Shown: positions 18,107 through 26,909 of the stretch, in pieces | Layout of the letters: every line of letters starts with the position of its first letter | How positions within the stretch are numbered: the first letter of the stretch is position 1 | NCBI GenBank assembly: GCA_963713615.1 | Contig: CAVQMM010000001.1 | Location: forward strand, 320,001-384,000 | Length of the DNA: 64,000 nt | Origin: an uncultured Chlamydiae bacterium | GTDB taxonomy: Bacteria > Chlamydiota > Chlamydiia > Chlamydiales > JAJFMA01 | Direction of reading: 5' to 3' | Notes under the pieces: model-generated | Seen by the model: only the letters and a program-made list of their open reading frames with translations | Database searches by the model: none | What the model was told of the DNA's origin: nothing | Position numbers and translations under genes: made by a program

Positions 18107-19066
18107 CTAGCTAGAAGGCTGTTGCTGGTTGATATTCGTGTTTTCAGTGCCTTTAAGGCTATTTTGGTTATTTTCAGTCTGCATGTAAACGTCGTTGGAT
18201 TCTGTGTTAGTATTTTCTCCGGGCTCTGCAGGCGGATAGCCAATCATTTGTTTTGCTTGATCTATCCAATCGCTGACAGTCGTTGTGACGCTGCCAAGGG
18301 CGTTTCCAGCGTTTACCTGAACGCTAGCAAAAAGGCCATCCACATAGCCTGTGTAGCCTGCTTTGCTACAGCCTAGGTAGCTCGCAGCTACGATTGAGGC
18401 TATGACGACATAGGGATGTGCCCTAACCTGTTCGACAGATGCTGTAACCATCCAACGCCAAGGTCTCCAGCCGATATTTAGGGTAACCTCAGAAACGGCG
18501 AAGGCTACCTTACGCACGGCGCCCTGAGCTAGCCTCCAACCTTCAAACAGGGTTGCTGGGCCAATCTTCATCTTCTCGGCTAGGAAGGTAACTCCGGCAG
18601 TGATCATGAGTTTATCCGAAATTTCGAGAGCCTTCTCAGGATCGTAAGAAGCCACTATAGGAGCGATAGCGATCAGTCCAACGGAACCAATAGCCTTAGC
18701 AAGGTGTTGCAACGCTTCGCCGAACTCTATGGAGAGACGGCCTTCTGGGCTTGGTGAGCGAATGGCCCATACAGCAACATTAGGGATGATGGAGATCGTT
18801 TTTACAACGGCATTAGTAGCATGCAGTAGGGAGTCAAGAGCAGCTGAGGCTGCAGCCATAATGGGGATTGCTACGCGAGCTAGTATTTGTTCTTGGTGCG
18901 TTCCATGGCTCCATTTAATTCCCAGCACCAAAGTTTGCTGAAGGACGCTACGGTCGACTGGCATCATATCGCCGTCTTTTCCGTGACTATTCACTTCGGC
19001 GAGTGCTCCGTCTAGCCTAAGATTGGCCTCAATCCTTGCCGGATATGGGTTGACTAGATTTTCCAT
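18107..19066 (-). CDS. Hypothetical membrane protein, paralog family P member 6
   Basis: AGGAGGAG RBS; ASAALDSLLHATNAVVKT...QHLAKA motif shared with members 4 and 5. Confidence 0.8.
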   Translation of the reverse strand: MENLVNPYPARIEANLRLDGALAEVNSHGKDGDMMPVDRSVLQQTLVLGIKWSHGTHQEQILARVAIPIMAAASAALDSLLHATNAVVKTISIIPNVAVWAIRSPSPEGRLSIEFGEALQHLAKAIGSVGLIAIAPIVASYDPEKALEISDKLMITAGVTFLAEKMKIGPATLFEGWRLAQGAVRKVAFAVSEVTLNIGWRPWRWMVTASVEQVRAHPYVVIASIVAASYLGCSKAGYTGYVDGLFASVQVNAGNALGSVTTTVSDWIDQAKQMIGYPPAEPGENTNTESNDVYMQTENNQNSLKGTENTNINQQQPSS

Positions 19067-19264
19067 TTAAGATCTCTCCTCCTAAATAACTATTTTCAAA
19101 GCCCTCCTCATTGTTTATAAGGTCATTTTACTGACATTTCAGCTGAGGTCGGGCACGAATCTTAACAGATCACGACATTATCGTCATCAATGGCTTATGG
19201 ATAAAAAAAAGATTGATATTGATTGAATTGCATTGGACGTAGAAGGCTTCTATTGTTTTCGCTA

Positions 19265-19312
19265 TATACCACGCAGGGTCCAAATTCCAAATTTGTGCCC
19301 GATTGTGGTATA
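19265..19312. repeat. Short, internally deleted family H element (TATACCAC...GTGGTATA)
   Basis: Ends match 52148-52284, and GGGTCCAAAT is shared with 26115-26274. Confidence 0.55.
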
Positions 19313-19316
19313 AGTT

Positions 19317-19544
19317 CAATCGTCGCTCGGCGCGCAGCGCTTTGGAGTGCGGTCGCTCGCGACCGCTTTTCGTTTCGTGCGATGGCTGTGTGAAACGGCA
19401 GTGTAGGGATTCGGTTAGGTGGCACATACAAACTATTTTACCCTTAATGAATGCGAGTGATACCGTTTCACACAGCCGTCACAAGGAACCCAAAGCGGTC
19501 GCAAGCGACCGCACTCCAAAGCGCTGCGCGCCGAGCGACGATTG
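19317..19544. repeat. Family F REP-doublet
   Basis: CAATCGTCGCTCGGCGCGCAGCGCTTTGGAGTGCGGTCGC... and its inverse. Confidence 0.88.
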
Positions 19545-19593
19545 TGAGTCAAGAAAACGATATGTATAGCCCCACAAGGGAGAGGAAGATCGG

Positions 19594-20325
19594 ATGAAAA
19601 TAGCATTGATTGGTTACGGAAAAATGGGACGTATGATTGAGGAAGCTGCTTTACGCCGTGGGCATGAGGTTATTGCAAGGATCAACCGCACCTCTGACCT
19701 TGAGGCTCGAGGGGTCGCTGATGCCGATGTATGCATTGACTTTACGCATCCTAAATCTGTTTTAGGCAATATACGCACTCTGGTGGCATTGGGAAAGAGT
19801 ATGGTGATAGGGACTACCGGCTGGGAGGAGCACCTAGACGAAGTCAAGAGTCTTGTGAGTGCCTCTGAGATCGGAGCGATATATGGCTCAAATTTTTCAG
19901 TTGGTGTGCATATGTTTTTTCGGTTGGCGCGTTTTGCAGCGCAGATAGTTCAGCAGTTCGAGGATTACGATGTTGGAGTTATAGAACAGCATCATCGACA
20001 GAAGGTTGACAGCCCATCGGGGACAGCTCGCAGCCTCGGAAATATATTGTTAGAAGCAATGCCGAGGAAGCAATGTTTAGTGTTTGACCACTTGGAAGGA
20101 GCGCCCAAAAACGAGGAGTTGCACGTTACAAGTTTACGCTGTGGGAGTATTCCTGGAACCCATGAAGTGGTGTTTGACTCTAGTGCTGATACGATAAGCC
20201 TATGCCATACAGCGCGCAATCGCGAAGGCTTTGCCCTTGGCGCTGTGTTAGCTGCGGAATGGATACTAGGCCGCAAGGGATTGTATTCCGTCGATGATAT
20301 GATGCAGGACCTGATGGGTGGTTAA
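19594..20325 (+). CDS. dapB: 4-hydroxy-tetrahydrodipicolinate reductase
   Basis: IGYGKMG, IDFTHP, VIGTTG, NFSVGV, EQHHRQKVDSPSGTA. Confidence 0.96.
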   Translation: MKIALIGYGKMGRMIEEAALRRGHEVIARINRTSDLEARGVADADVCIDFTHPKSVLGNIRTLVALGKSMVIGTTGWEEHLDEVKSLVSASEIGAIYGSNFSVGVHMFFRLARFAAQIVQQFEDYDVGVIEQHHRQKVDSPSGTARSLGNILLEAMPRKQCLVFDHLEGAPKNEELHVTSLRCGSIPGTHEVVFDSSADTISLCHTARNREGFALGAVLAAEWILGRKGLYSVDDMMQDLMGG

Positions 20326-21392
20326 TAGATGAGGCCGCGGTCGCTTTCATGGACAATAACCCCCCAGGTTCTCCCTAGGTAGTCTTGCTGATCAGTTGAC
20401 AACGGACTAAGCACTAAAAAGCAGTCGTCATTGCGTGCAAAAGCTGAACGCGTCCAATTAGCCGAGCCCATCACCAAGATAGCATCGTCGATGATAGCCA
20501 TCTTATAATGCAATAGCCCTTCGCCTTTGCTTAAGTAGGTGAGAATGCCTGCTTGACGTAGCTTGTGAACGACTTCCGCGCCAGTGCCGGTCCCTTGATT
20601 GTTATCGATGACAGCAGTGACATGTACACCGCGATGATGAGCCCGAATGATTGCTTCGGTAAGTTTGGGATGAGTCCATGTAAACATGGCCACCTTTAGC
20701 GACATCTTAGCGCTATCGATGAGCTCCAGGAGCTTTGGAAGGGCAGGTCCCATGTCGGGAAGAAACCATAGATCGCCGTCTTGACCCTCTTGGGCAAATC
20801 GGATGGGTTTCGGAGCCGCCACTGTCACAGCGCCGATTTGTGGCATGGCTCGTAGGTAGCTGTCAATCCTTGTTGCGAGAGATGGGTTGTCCATGGCTAC
20901 GATCATATTGCCATGTGTGCGTAGAGAAGCAAAACTCATATTGGCCGATCCTATCCACACTTGCTTGCTGTCGATGACCAGAATTTTGAGATGCATTAGT
21001 CCGGTAGGGGACCGCTTTAGAGTTTTCACTAGCGGGCCCAACAGCTTTTGTGCTTTTGGCGAGGCTTTGGCATCGACGATGACTGTCACTGGGACACCTG
21101 ACTCCGCCTTCGATTTCAATGCTGCGATAATCTTGGCATCGCTCAGATTATAGATGGCCATCAGAATCGAATGATCAGCAGATGCAATAGCCTTTAAGAC
21201 AGTACCTCTGAGGTCATCACCAGCTTGGTTGGAGTAAAGTTCCACTGGCCCATGACCTTGCGGCAGGCGTACAGGAGCCATCGCTTCCGAGGCTAGGACG
21301 ACCAGAGTAATCAGTAGACCAATGACTGTTGCTAAGAGGCTTTTGGCGTTCATACGTCGACGACTGGGGAAAGAGGAGGATGAGCGCTTCAT
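20322..21392 (-). CDS. Phospholipase D superfamily protein (two HKD motifs)
   Basis: MHLKILVID...GSAN and LHYKMAIID...GSAN, plus an N-terminal hydrophobic segment. Confidence 0.9.
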   Translation of the reverse strand: MKRSSSSFPSRRRMNAKSLLATVIGLLITLVVLASEAMAPVRLPQGHGPVELYSNQAGDDLRGTVLKAIASADHSILMAIYNLSDAKIIAALKSKAESGVPVTVIVDAKASPKAQKLLGPLVKTLKRSPTGLMHLKILVIDSKQVWIGSANMSFASLRTHGNMIVAMDNPSLATRIDSYLRAMPQIGAVTVAAPKPIRFAQEGQDGDLWFLPDMGPALPKLLELIDSAKMSLKVAMFTWTHPKLTEAIIRAHHRGVHVTAVIDNNQGTGTGAEVVHKLRQAGILTYLSKGEGLLHYKMAIIDDAILVMGSANWTRSAFARNDDCFLVLSPLSTDQQDYLGRTWGVIVHESDRGLIY

Positions 21393-23572
21393 TTAGGTTT
21401 TCCTTGCTGTTGTAGAAGAAATCGAAGGGCGGTGTAGCGACGACGCACCTCGTCATTATGAACAGCAATTGCGAGGGCCTTTTTTGTGCCGACGAGGACG
21501 ACGAGTTTCTTACCTCGCGTGACACCGGTGTAAAGAAGATTTCGGTAGAGCAGTTTAAAGTGCGTTGTATGGATGGGAATGATAATGCATGGGCATTCGC
21601 TTCCTTGATATTTATGAATGGACACGGCGTAGGCGAGTACGAGATCATCGAGTTCCGTGAAGTCATAGACAACTGCCCGTTCGTCAAAGATGACGATGAC
21701 TTCCTGTTCAACCATGTCGATCTTTTTGATTCTACCGACATCACCGTTGAAGACCTCTTTCTGGTAGTCATTGCGAATTTGCATGACCTTATCGCCCGGT
21801 AGAAAACGGCGTCCCGAGCGAAGCAGGGGGGTTCCGGATGTGACAATCTTCTCTTGAAGTACCTGGTTAAGGTTTTCGATGCCTATAATGCCGCGTCGCA
21901 TAGGTGCTAGGACCTGAATATCGTTAAGTTGGTCAAAACCATATTTCGCTGGAAGCCTTTGGGTAACCAAATTGACAATGGTGGCAAGGACCTCTTCGGG
22001 CTGTTCTTTTTCGATGAAGAAGAAGTCGCCAGCAGGAGGATTATCGATATTGGGGAAAATGCCAGCATTGATGGCGTGAGCATTAGTAATGATTCCCGAG
22101 CCAGCGGCCTGTCGATAGATATCTGTCAGGCCAGTGACGGGAACCTTCTGGCTGGCGATGAGATCTTTGAGGACATTGCCAGGGCCGACGCTGGGGAGTT
22201 GGTTGATATCCCCCACCAGCACAAGACGTGCATGCGCTGGGATAGCCTTCAGTAGGCTATTCATCAGCAGGGTATCGATCATACTGGCTTCGTCTATGAT
22301 GATGAGATCACACTCTAGAGGGTTCTCCCGGCCGCGCTTAAAGGCGCCGACGCGAAAATCGAACTCCAATAGACTATGAATCGTCTGTGCTTTACGACCG
22401 GTGATTTCTGTCATGCGTTTGGCAGCACGACCCGTCGGGGCTGCTAGGACGATTTGAGAAGTTAATTTGTCGGTGATGGAGAGGATGGCTTTGGTGATAG
22501 TGCTCTTGCCGGTGCCGGGGCCTCCAGTAATGATGTGAACCTTATCCTGGAGTGTTTTGGCTATGGCATCGGCTTGCCTGGGAGCCAAGCTGATGTTTAG
22601 GATACCTTGCACCCAAGCAATCGCTTTAGCGGTGTCGATAGAGCGCAGGCGGCAGGTTCCATTGCGGATGCGCTGAAGCTCTTTGGCGATACCTTGTTCG
22701 GCTAGGAATAGTGGCGTGCGCCAGACGAATGGCTGCGCAGCCTCACCAAATCCTATTGGAGCCAGGACAACGCGATTTTCTTTACCAAGGGTTTCTAACT
22801 GCTGCTGGACTAGGGGTTCATCGACCTCTAACACCTTGACGGCTTCAGGGAGAAAACCTTCGACGGGATAGCATACATGCCCTTCATCAGATAGTCCTGA
22901 TAGGACAAATTCAATGCCTGCGCTAATGCGTGATGGAGAATCTGGAGCGTGACCCATGCGTTGGGCGATGCCATCGGCGGTTTTGAAACCGATACCAATG
23001 ATATCGCGGGCGAGGTGGTAAGGGTTTTCGCTGATGCGTTCGACACTTTTCGCGCCATAGGATTTGAAGATTTTCTGGGCGAATGAAGGACTGACGCCAT
23101 ATTTCTGAAGAAAGATCATGACATCGCGGATAGTCTTTTGGGCCTGCCAGCAGGCAGTGATTTTGGAAAGACGTCCCTTACCGATTCCTGGAACATCTAG
23201 CAGACGCTCGGGGGTGAGATCGATGATGTCCAGGGTAGTGACGCCAAAGAGCTCGACAATGCGAGCGGCATAGACTGGGCCAATGCCTTTGATGAGTCCG
23301 GAGCCTAGATACTTTGAGATACCGACGACATCGGCGGGCATTTCGGTCTGGCATTCATTAACTTCGAACTGACGTCCGTGAATGAGGTGACTTTTCCATT
23401 CCCCTCGGCAGCGGACAGTTTCCCCCGGTTGTACAAGAGGCATGGACCCAACAATACAAACAAGGTACTGCTTACCAGGAGGGCGCAGCTGAGCGACAGT
23501 GTAGCCTGTTTCAGGATTTTGAAAGGTGATTCTCTCGATGTAACCGTGAAGATATTCCATGCCGGATAGCAT
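21389..23572 (-). CDS. recD2: ATP-dependent RecD2-like DNA helicase
   Basis: N-terminal IERITFQN..GYTV, HhH GIGP, TGGPGTGKS, LAAPTGRAAKR, DEASM, LAYAVSIHKYQGSE. Confidence 0.95.
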   Translation of the reverse strand: MLSGMEYLHGYIERITFQNPETGYTVAQLRPPGKQYLVCIVGSMPLVQPGETVRCRGEWKSHLIHGRQFEVNECQTEMPADVVGISKYLGSGLIKGIGPVYAARIVELFGVTTLDIIDLTPERLLDVPGIGKGRLSKITACWQAQKTIRDVMIFLQKYGVSPSFAQKIFKSYGAKSVERISENPYHLARDIIGIGFKTADGIAQRMGHAPDSPSRISAGIEFVLSGLSDEGHVCYPVEGFLPEAVKVLEVDEPLVQQQLETLGKENRVVLAPIGFGEAAQPFVWRTPLFLAEQGIAKELQRIRNGTCRLRSIDTAKAIAWVQGILNISLAPRQADAIAKTLQDKVHIITGGPGTGKSTITKAILSITDKLTSQIVLAAPTGRAAKRMTEITGRKAQTIHSLLEFDFRVGAFKRGRENPLECDLIIIDEASMIDTLLMNSLLKAIPAHARLVLVGDINQLPSVGPGNVLKDLIASQKVPVTGLTDIYRQAAGSGIITNAHAINAGIFPNIDNPPAGDFFFIEKEQPEEVLATIVNLVTQRLPAKYGFDQLNDIQVLAPMRRGIIGIENLNQVLQEKIVTSGTPLLRSGRRFLPGDKVMQIRNDYQKEVFNGDVGRIKKIDMVEQEVIVIFDERAVVYDFTELDDLVLAYAVSIHKYQGSECPCIIIPIHTTHFKLLYRNLLYTGVTRGKKLVVLVGTKKALAIAVHNDEVRRRYTALRFLLQQQGKPK

Positions 23573-23643
23573 AGCTCAATGAGAAACGAAAGTTTAGAAA
23601 AAAATGGCGGGCGTGGTAGAAGAAAATCTCAGGAGAACGACCT

Positions 23644-24018
23644 ATGAAATTAGTGACGTCTATTTTTTTGACCCTTTTAGCGGTATTTCCGCTTTCTATG
23701 GAAGGGGCTCGCCGACCGGACGAACCTACCTACGTTTTAAAACGTTTGCATGCCGGCCCCGATGCTCCCGTGGAGAGTGCCGATCCGGATGAGGGATATG
23801 TTTATGTAGAGGATCCAACTGGACGCTCTTGCCCTGATGGCGAGGATTGCTGCGGTCATTGGACTCGGGTACGTCGCAATCGATGTCGCGATAGTTGGCG
23901 CTGCTATGACCAGCGTACTCCATTGTATGACTATGACATTGAGGGAGATTCGTATGATTCTACCTTCGATTGGCCTGGTCGTAAGACAGACTCGTGGATG
24001 TATGAGGTAAGTCATTGA
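23644..24018 (+). CDS. Small secreted Cys-rich hypothetical protein
   Basis: AGGAG RBS, signal-peptide-like N-terminus, cluster of five Cys. Confidence 0.7.
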   Translation: MKLVTSIFLTLLAVFPLSMEGARRPDEPTYVLKRLHAGPDAPVESADPDEGYVYVEDPTGRSCPDGEDCCGHWTRVRRNRCRDSWRCYDQRTPLYDYDIEGDSYDSTFDWPGRKTDSWMYEVSH

Positions 24019-24060
24019 GGGCGAGGAGAGAAGGGCGGAGAGAAGGCGGAGATAGGAAGA

Positions 24061-24281
24061 GGAATTAGGAATTTTTACCACAGAGAGCGCCGAGACGCCG
24101 AGATAGGACAGAGAAGATAGGAAAAAGAGAGAGGAAAAATTGAATAATTTTTTATTTTAATAAATAGTAATTGGCAAAAAATATTTAATAAAAAGAAGTA
24201 TTCAAATTTTCCTTTCTTTCTCTCCTCTCTCTCCTATCTCGGCGTCTTGGCGCTCTCTGCTGGTAAAAATTCCTAATTCCC
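24061..24281. repeat. Family A palindromic element with very AT-rich spacer
   Basis: GGAATTAGGAATTTTTACCACAGAGAGCGCCGAGACGCCGAGATAGGA and its inverse. Confidence 0.88.
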
Positions 24282-24331
24282 TTCCTCTCCTCCCTCTTTC
24301 TCTCTAACTCGGTTTGGCGTATAATGTCGCC

Positions 24332-26104
24332 ATGCCATTATACACTGCTGAAAGTTTAGAAACTTTGCGCCGTCGCGTCGACCTTGTCGAAGTGGTATCT
24401 CCGCATGTCGATATGAAGCGCGCCGGCGCAGCCTTCAAGGCGTGCTGTCCATTCCACGATGAGAAGACACCATCGTTTACTATCCAGAAGGGTGATAGCC
24501 ATTATCATTGTTTCGGGTGTGGGGCGCATGGGGATGCGATCCAGTTTTTAATGGATCATGCCCGTATGAATTTCCAGGAAGCTATCGAGAATCTTGCTCA
24601 GCGCTTTGGTGTTATTTTAGAAATTGTTGAGGGTGAAAAGGAGCAACGTGGTCCGCGCAAGGCTGAGATTAAACGGGCTTTGCTAGAGGCTAACCGTCTC
24701 TTTCATTTTTTACTGCTACATACCGAAGAGGGAGGCGCAGCCTTACGTTATCTGTATGATCGCGGCCTGACCCTAGAGTTTATCGAACGCTTCTACCTGG
24801 GATTAGCCCCACGACAGGGGGGGGTGGTCCGTCCCGCGCTGCATGCTAAAGGTTTCACGGATGAGGTGCTTTACGCTGCGGGTTTATTGAGAGAGCGAGA
24901 AGATGGATCGAGTAGAGAATTCTTCTACGATCGCATTACGTTTCCTATTTGTGATGGGACTGGAGCGGTGATCGGCTTCTCAGCGCGTAAGTATCGCGAA
25001 GAAACGTTCGGCGGCAAGTACATTAATAGCTCCGAGACGACACTCTTTAAGAAATCTCGAGTGATTTATGGATTGCATGAATGCCGTCGACGTATTGCCA
25101 AGGAAGCACAGGCGATCATTGTCGAAGGGCAGATCGATGCGTTGTCATTGATTTTTAATGGTTTAAACATTGCTGTGGCAGCACTGGGGACGGCATTTGG
25201 CGAGGGCCATGTCAACGAGCTTGTTGACCTAGGTGTTAAGAGGGTGTTCCTGGCTCTTGATGCCGATAAAGCTGGTATTGAAGCAGCGCGAAAGGTGGGG
25301 GACCTCTTTCAGAAGCGCGGCATTGAAGTGAAGGTTATCAGACTTCCTATTGGCAGTGATCCCGATGCGTTAATACGTTCTGATGGTATGGAGGGCTTTA
25401 TCCGTTTGCTAGAAAACGCGCAGGAATACCTTGCTTTTTTGATCGAAGTAGGCAGTCTCACCTATGATCTTAACTCACCAGCAGGCAAGTCACAGCTTCT
25501 ACAAGAGGTGGTGGAGCGCATCCGTCAGTGGAATAACCCCGTCATGGTGCATGAGAGCTTGCGGCGGTTGGCACACCTGATGCGGGTGCCTGAGGAGATG
25601 GTTAACGCTTCTCAGATGTCTGGAGGACATTATCTGATCAGGAAGTCGGCTAGTGCAGGGCTTTTGGACATTGATCCAGACCGCATTCTAGAGACCGATC
25701 TTTTGCGTTGGCTCATCGTTTGGGAAAAAGGTCCTGCAATGCTATCTATGGTACAGAAAAATCTGTCGGCCGAAGATTTTCGCGTGGACATTTGCCGCAG
25801 AGTGTTTCAGGCAATTGAGGCTTTGGCAGCGGCGGGGGAGCGATGGAATTTGTGGAATCTGGCAGCACAGGCTCCGGAAGGCCAGGGGCTCTTGGACGAA
25901 ATTATGCAACGCAAGCTGGATAAAGATAGGGGTGATCAACTGGTCTTAGCGGCAATACAGAAGGTGCTAGATCGCAATTGGATGTTGCAAACCGAAGAGA
26001 TCGGGGCAAAGATCCGCAGTGGCGTTTGTAGTGATGACGAGGTATTGCTCCTACTTAAGGAGTTTGATACATTGAAGAGAAATCCACCCAAGGTGCAGAG
26101 CTAA
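24332..26104 (+). CDS. dnaG: DNA primase
   Basis: Zn finger CPFHDEKTPSF...CFGCG, DRITFPI, KYINS, TOPRIM VEGQID, DADKAG. Confidence 0.97.
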   Translation: MPLYTAESLETLRRRVDLVEVVSPHVDMKRAGAAFKACCPFHDEKTPSFTIQKGDSHYHCFGCGAHGDAIQFLMDHARMNFQEAIENLAQRFGVILEIVEGEKEQRGPRKAEIKRALLEANRLFHFLLLHTEEGGAALRYLYDRGLTLEFIERFYLGLAPRQGGVVRPALHAKGFTDEVLYAAGLLREREDGSSREFFYDRITFPICDGTGAVIGFSARKYREETFGGKYINSSETTLFKKSRVIYGLHECRRRIAKEAQAIIVEGQIDALSLIFNGLNIAVAALGTAFGEGHVNELVDLGVKRVFLALDADKAGIEAARKVGDLFQKRGIEVKVIRLPIGSDPDALIRSDGMEGFIRLLENAQEYLAFLIEVGSLTYDLNSPAGKSQLLQEVVERIRQWNNPVMVHESLRRLAHLMRVPEEMVNASQMSGGHYLIRKSASAGLLDIDPDRILETDLLRWLIVWEKGPAMLSMVQKNLSAEDFRVDICRRVFQAIEALAAAGERWNLWNLAAQAPEGQGLLDEIMQRKLDKDRGDQLVLAAIQKVLDRNWMLQTEEIGAKIRSGVCSDDEVLLLLKEFDTLKRNPPKVQS

Positions 26105-26106
26105 CC

Positions 26107-26670
26107 ATGGCTTATACCCCCATCGGCCTGAAACTTCGAATTTGGACCGCGCCAAAGCCCCGGGATTCAACGATCGCAAACGGGTCAATATTAGAAATAT
26201 GGACCCGTTTGCGATCGTTGAATCGCGGGAGCTTTCGCGTGGGTCCAAATCGAAGTTTCAGGCCGATGGGGGTATACCAACACCTGATTTTTTACGACGG
26301 ACAATGCGGACTGTGCGACCGTTGCGTACAGATGGTGTTACGTGCCGATAAGAGGCAAATTTTTGCTTTTGCACCCTTACAAGGTCAGACGGCTGAGAAA
26401 ATGCTTCAAGGAATTCCCAGAGACCTCGATAGCGTCATTCTCATCGAAGACTACCTGACTGCGCATCGAAAGATTTATGTGCGCAGCACAGCCGTTTTTC
26501 GCACTTGCTGGTTGCTTGGGGGTGGCTATCGGTTGATCGGCTGGAAGTTCTTTCTGCCTGCATGGCTGTTCGATTGGGGTTACCGCATCGTGGCAAAAAA
26601 CCGGCATCGGTTGGGTGTGTGCCCAGCGGTTCGTCCTGATGCGGGGCACGGCGACCGCTTCTTACCTTAG
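26107..26670 (+). CDS. DCC1-like thiol-disulfide oxidoreductase family protein with an in-frame 54-codon palindromic insertion after codon 2
   Basis: IFYDGQCGLC, FAPLQG and DWGYRIVAKNRHR motifs. ATG lies 2 nt after the dnaG stop. Confidence 0.85.
   Translation: MAYTPIGLKLRIWTAPKPRDSTIANGSILEIWTRLRSLNRGSFRVGPNRSFRPMGVYQHLIFYDGQCGLCDRCVQMVLRADKRQIFAFAPLQGQTAEKMLQGIPRDLDSVILIEDYLTAHRKIYVRSTAVFRTCWLLGGGYRLIGWKFFLPAWLFDWGYRIVAKNRHRLGVCPAVRPDAGHGDRFLP
26115..26274. mobile_element. Element H: 160-bp palindromic MITE flanked by a TA duplication
   Basis: TA-[TACCCCCATCGGCCTGAAACTTCGA...TCGAAGTTTCAGGCCGATGGGGGTA]-TA. Inner IR ATTCAACGATCGCAAACGGGTC / GACCCGTTTGCGATCGTTGAAT. Confidence 0.88.
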
Positions 26671-26684
26671 CAGTTCGTGGGGCC

Positions 26685-26893
26685 TTTTAGGAGTAACACG
26701 GATGCACACGGATCTAGGAGGATTTAGGAGGATAGGATGGCAGATACGGTTCGTTCTGCTCTTTAGGAGTAACACGGATTGTGTTCATTCCATCTTAAAA
26801 ACCAATTTTATTGTTTTAGATTGACGAGCCGCATCTACCATCCAATCCTCCTAAATCCTCCTAGATCCGTGTGCATCCGTGTTACTCCTAAAA
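26685..26893. repeat. Family J palindromic element (~65-bp arms) between convergent genes
   Basis: TTTTAGGAGTAACACGGATGCACACGGATCTAGGAGGATTTAGGAGGAT and its inverse. Confidence 0.88.
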
Positions 26894-26909
26894 ACGAAAC
26901 GGACCGTGG

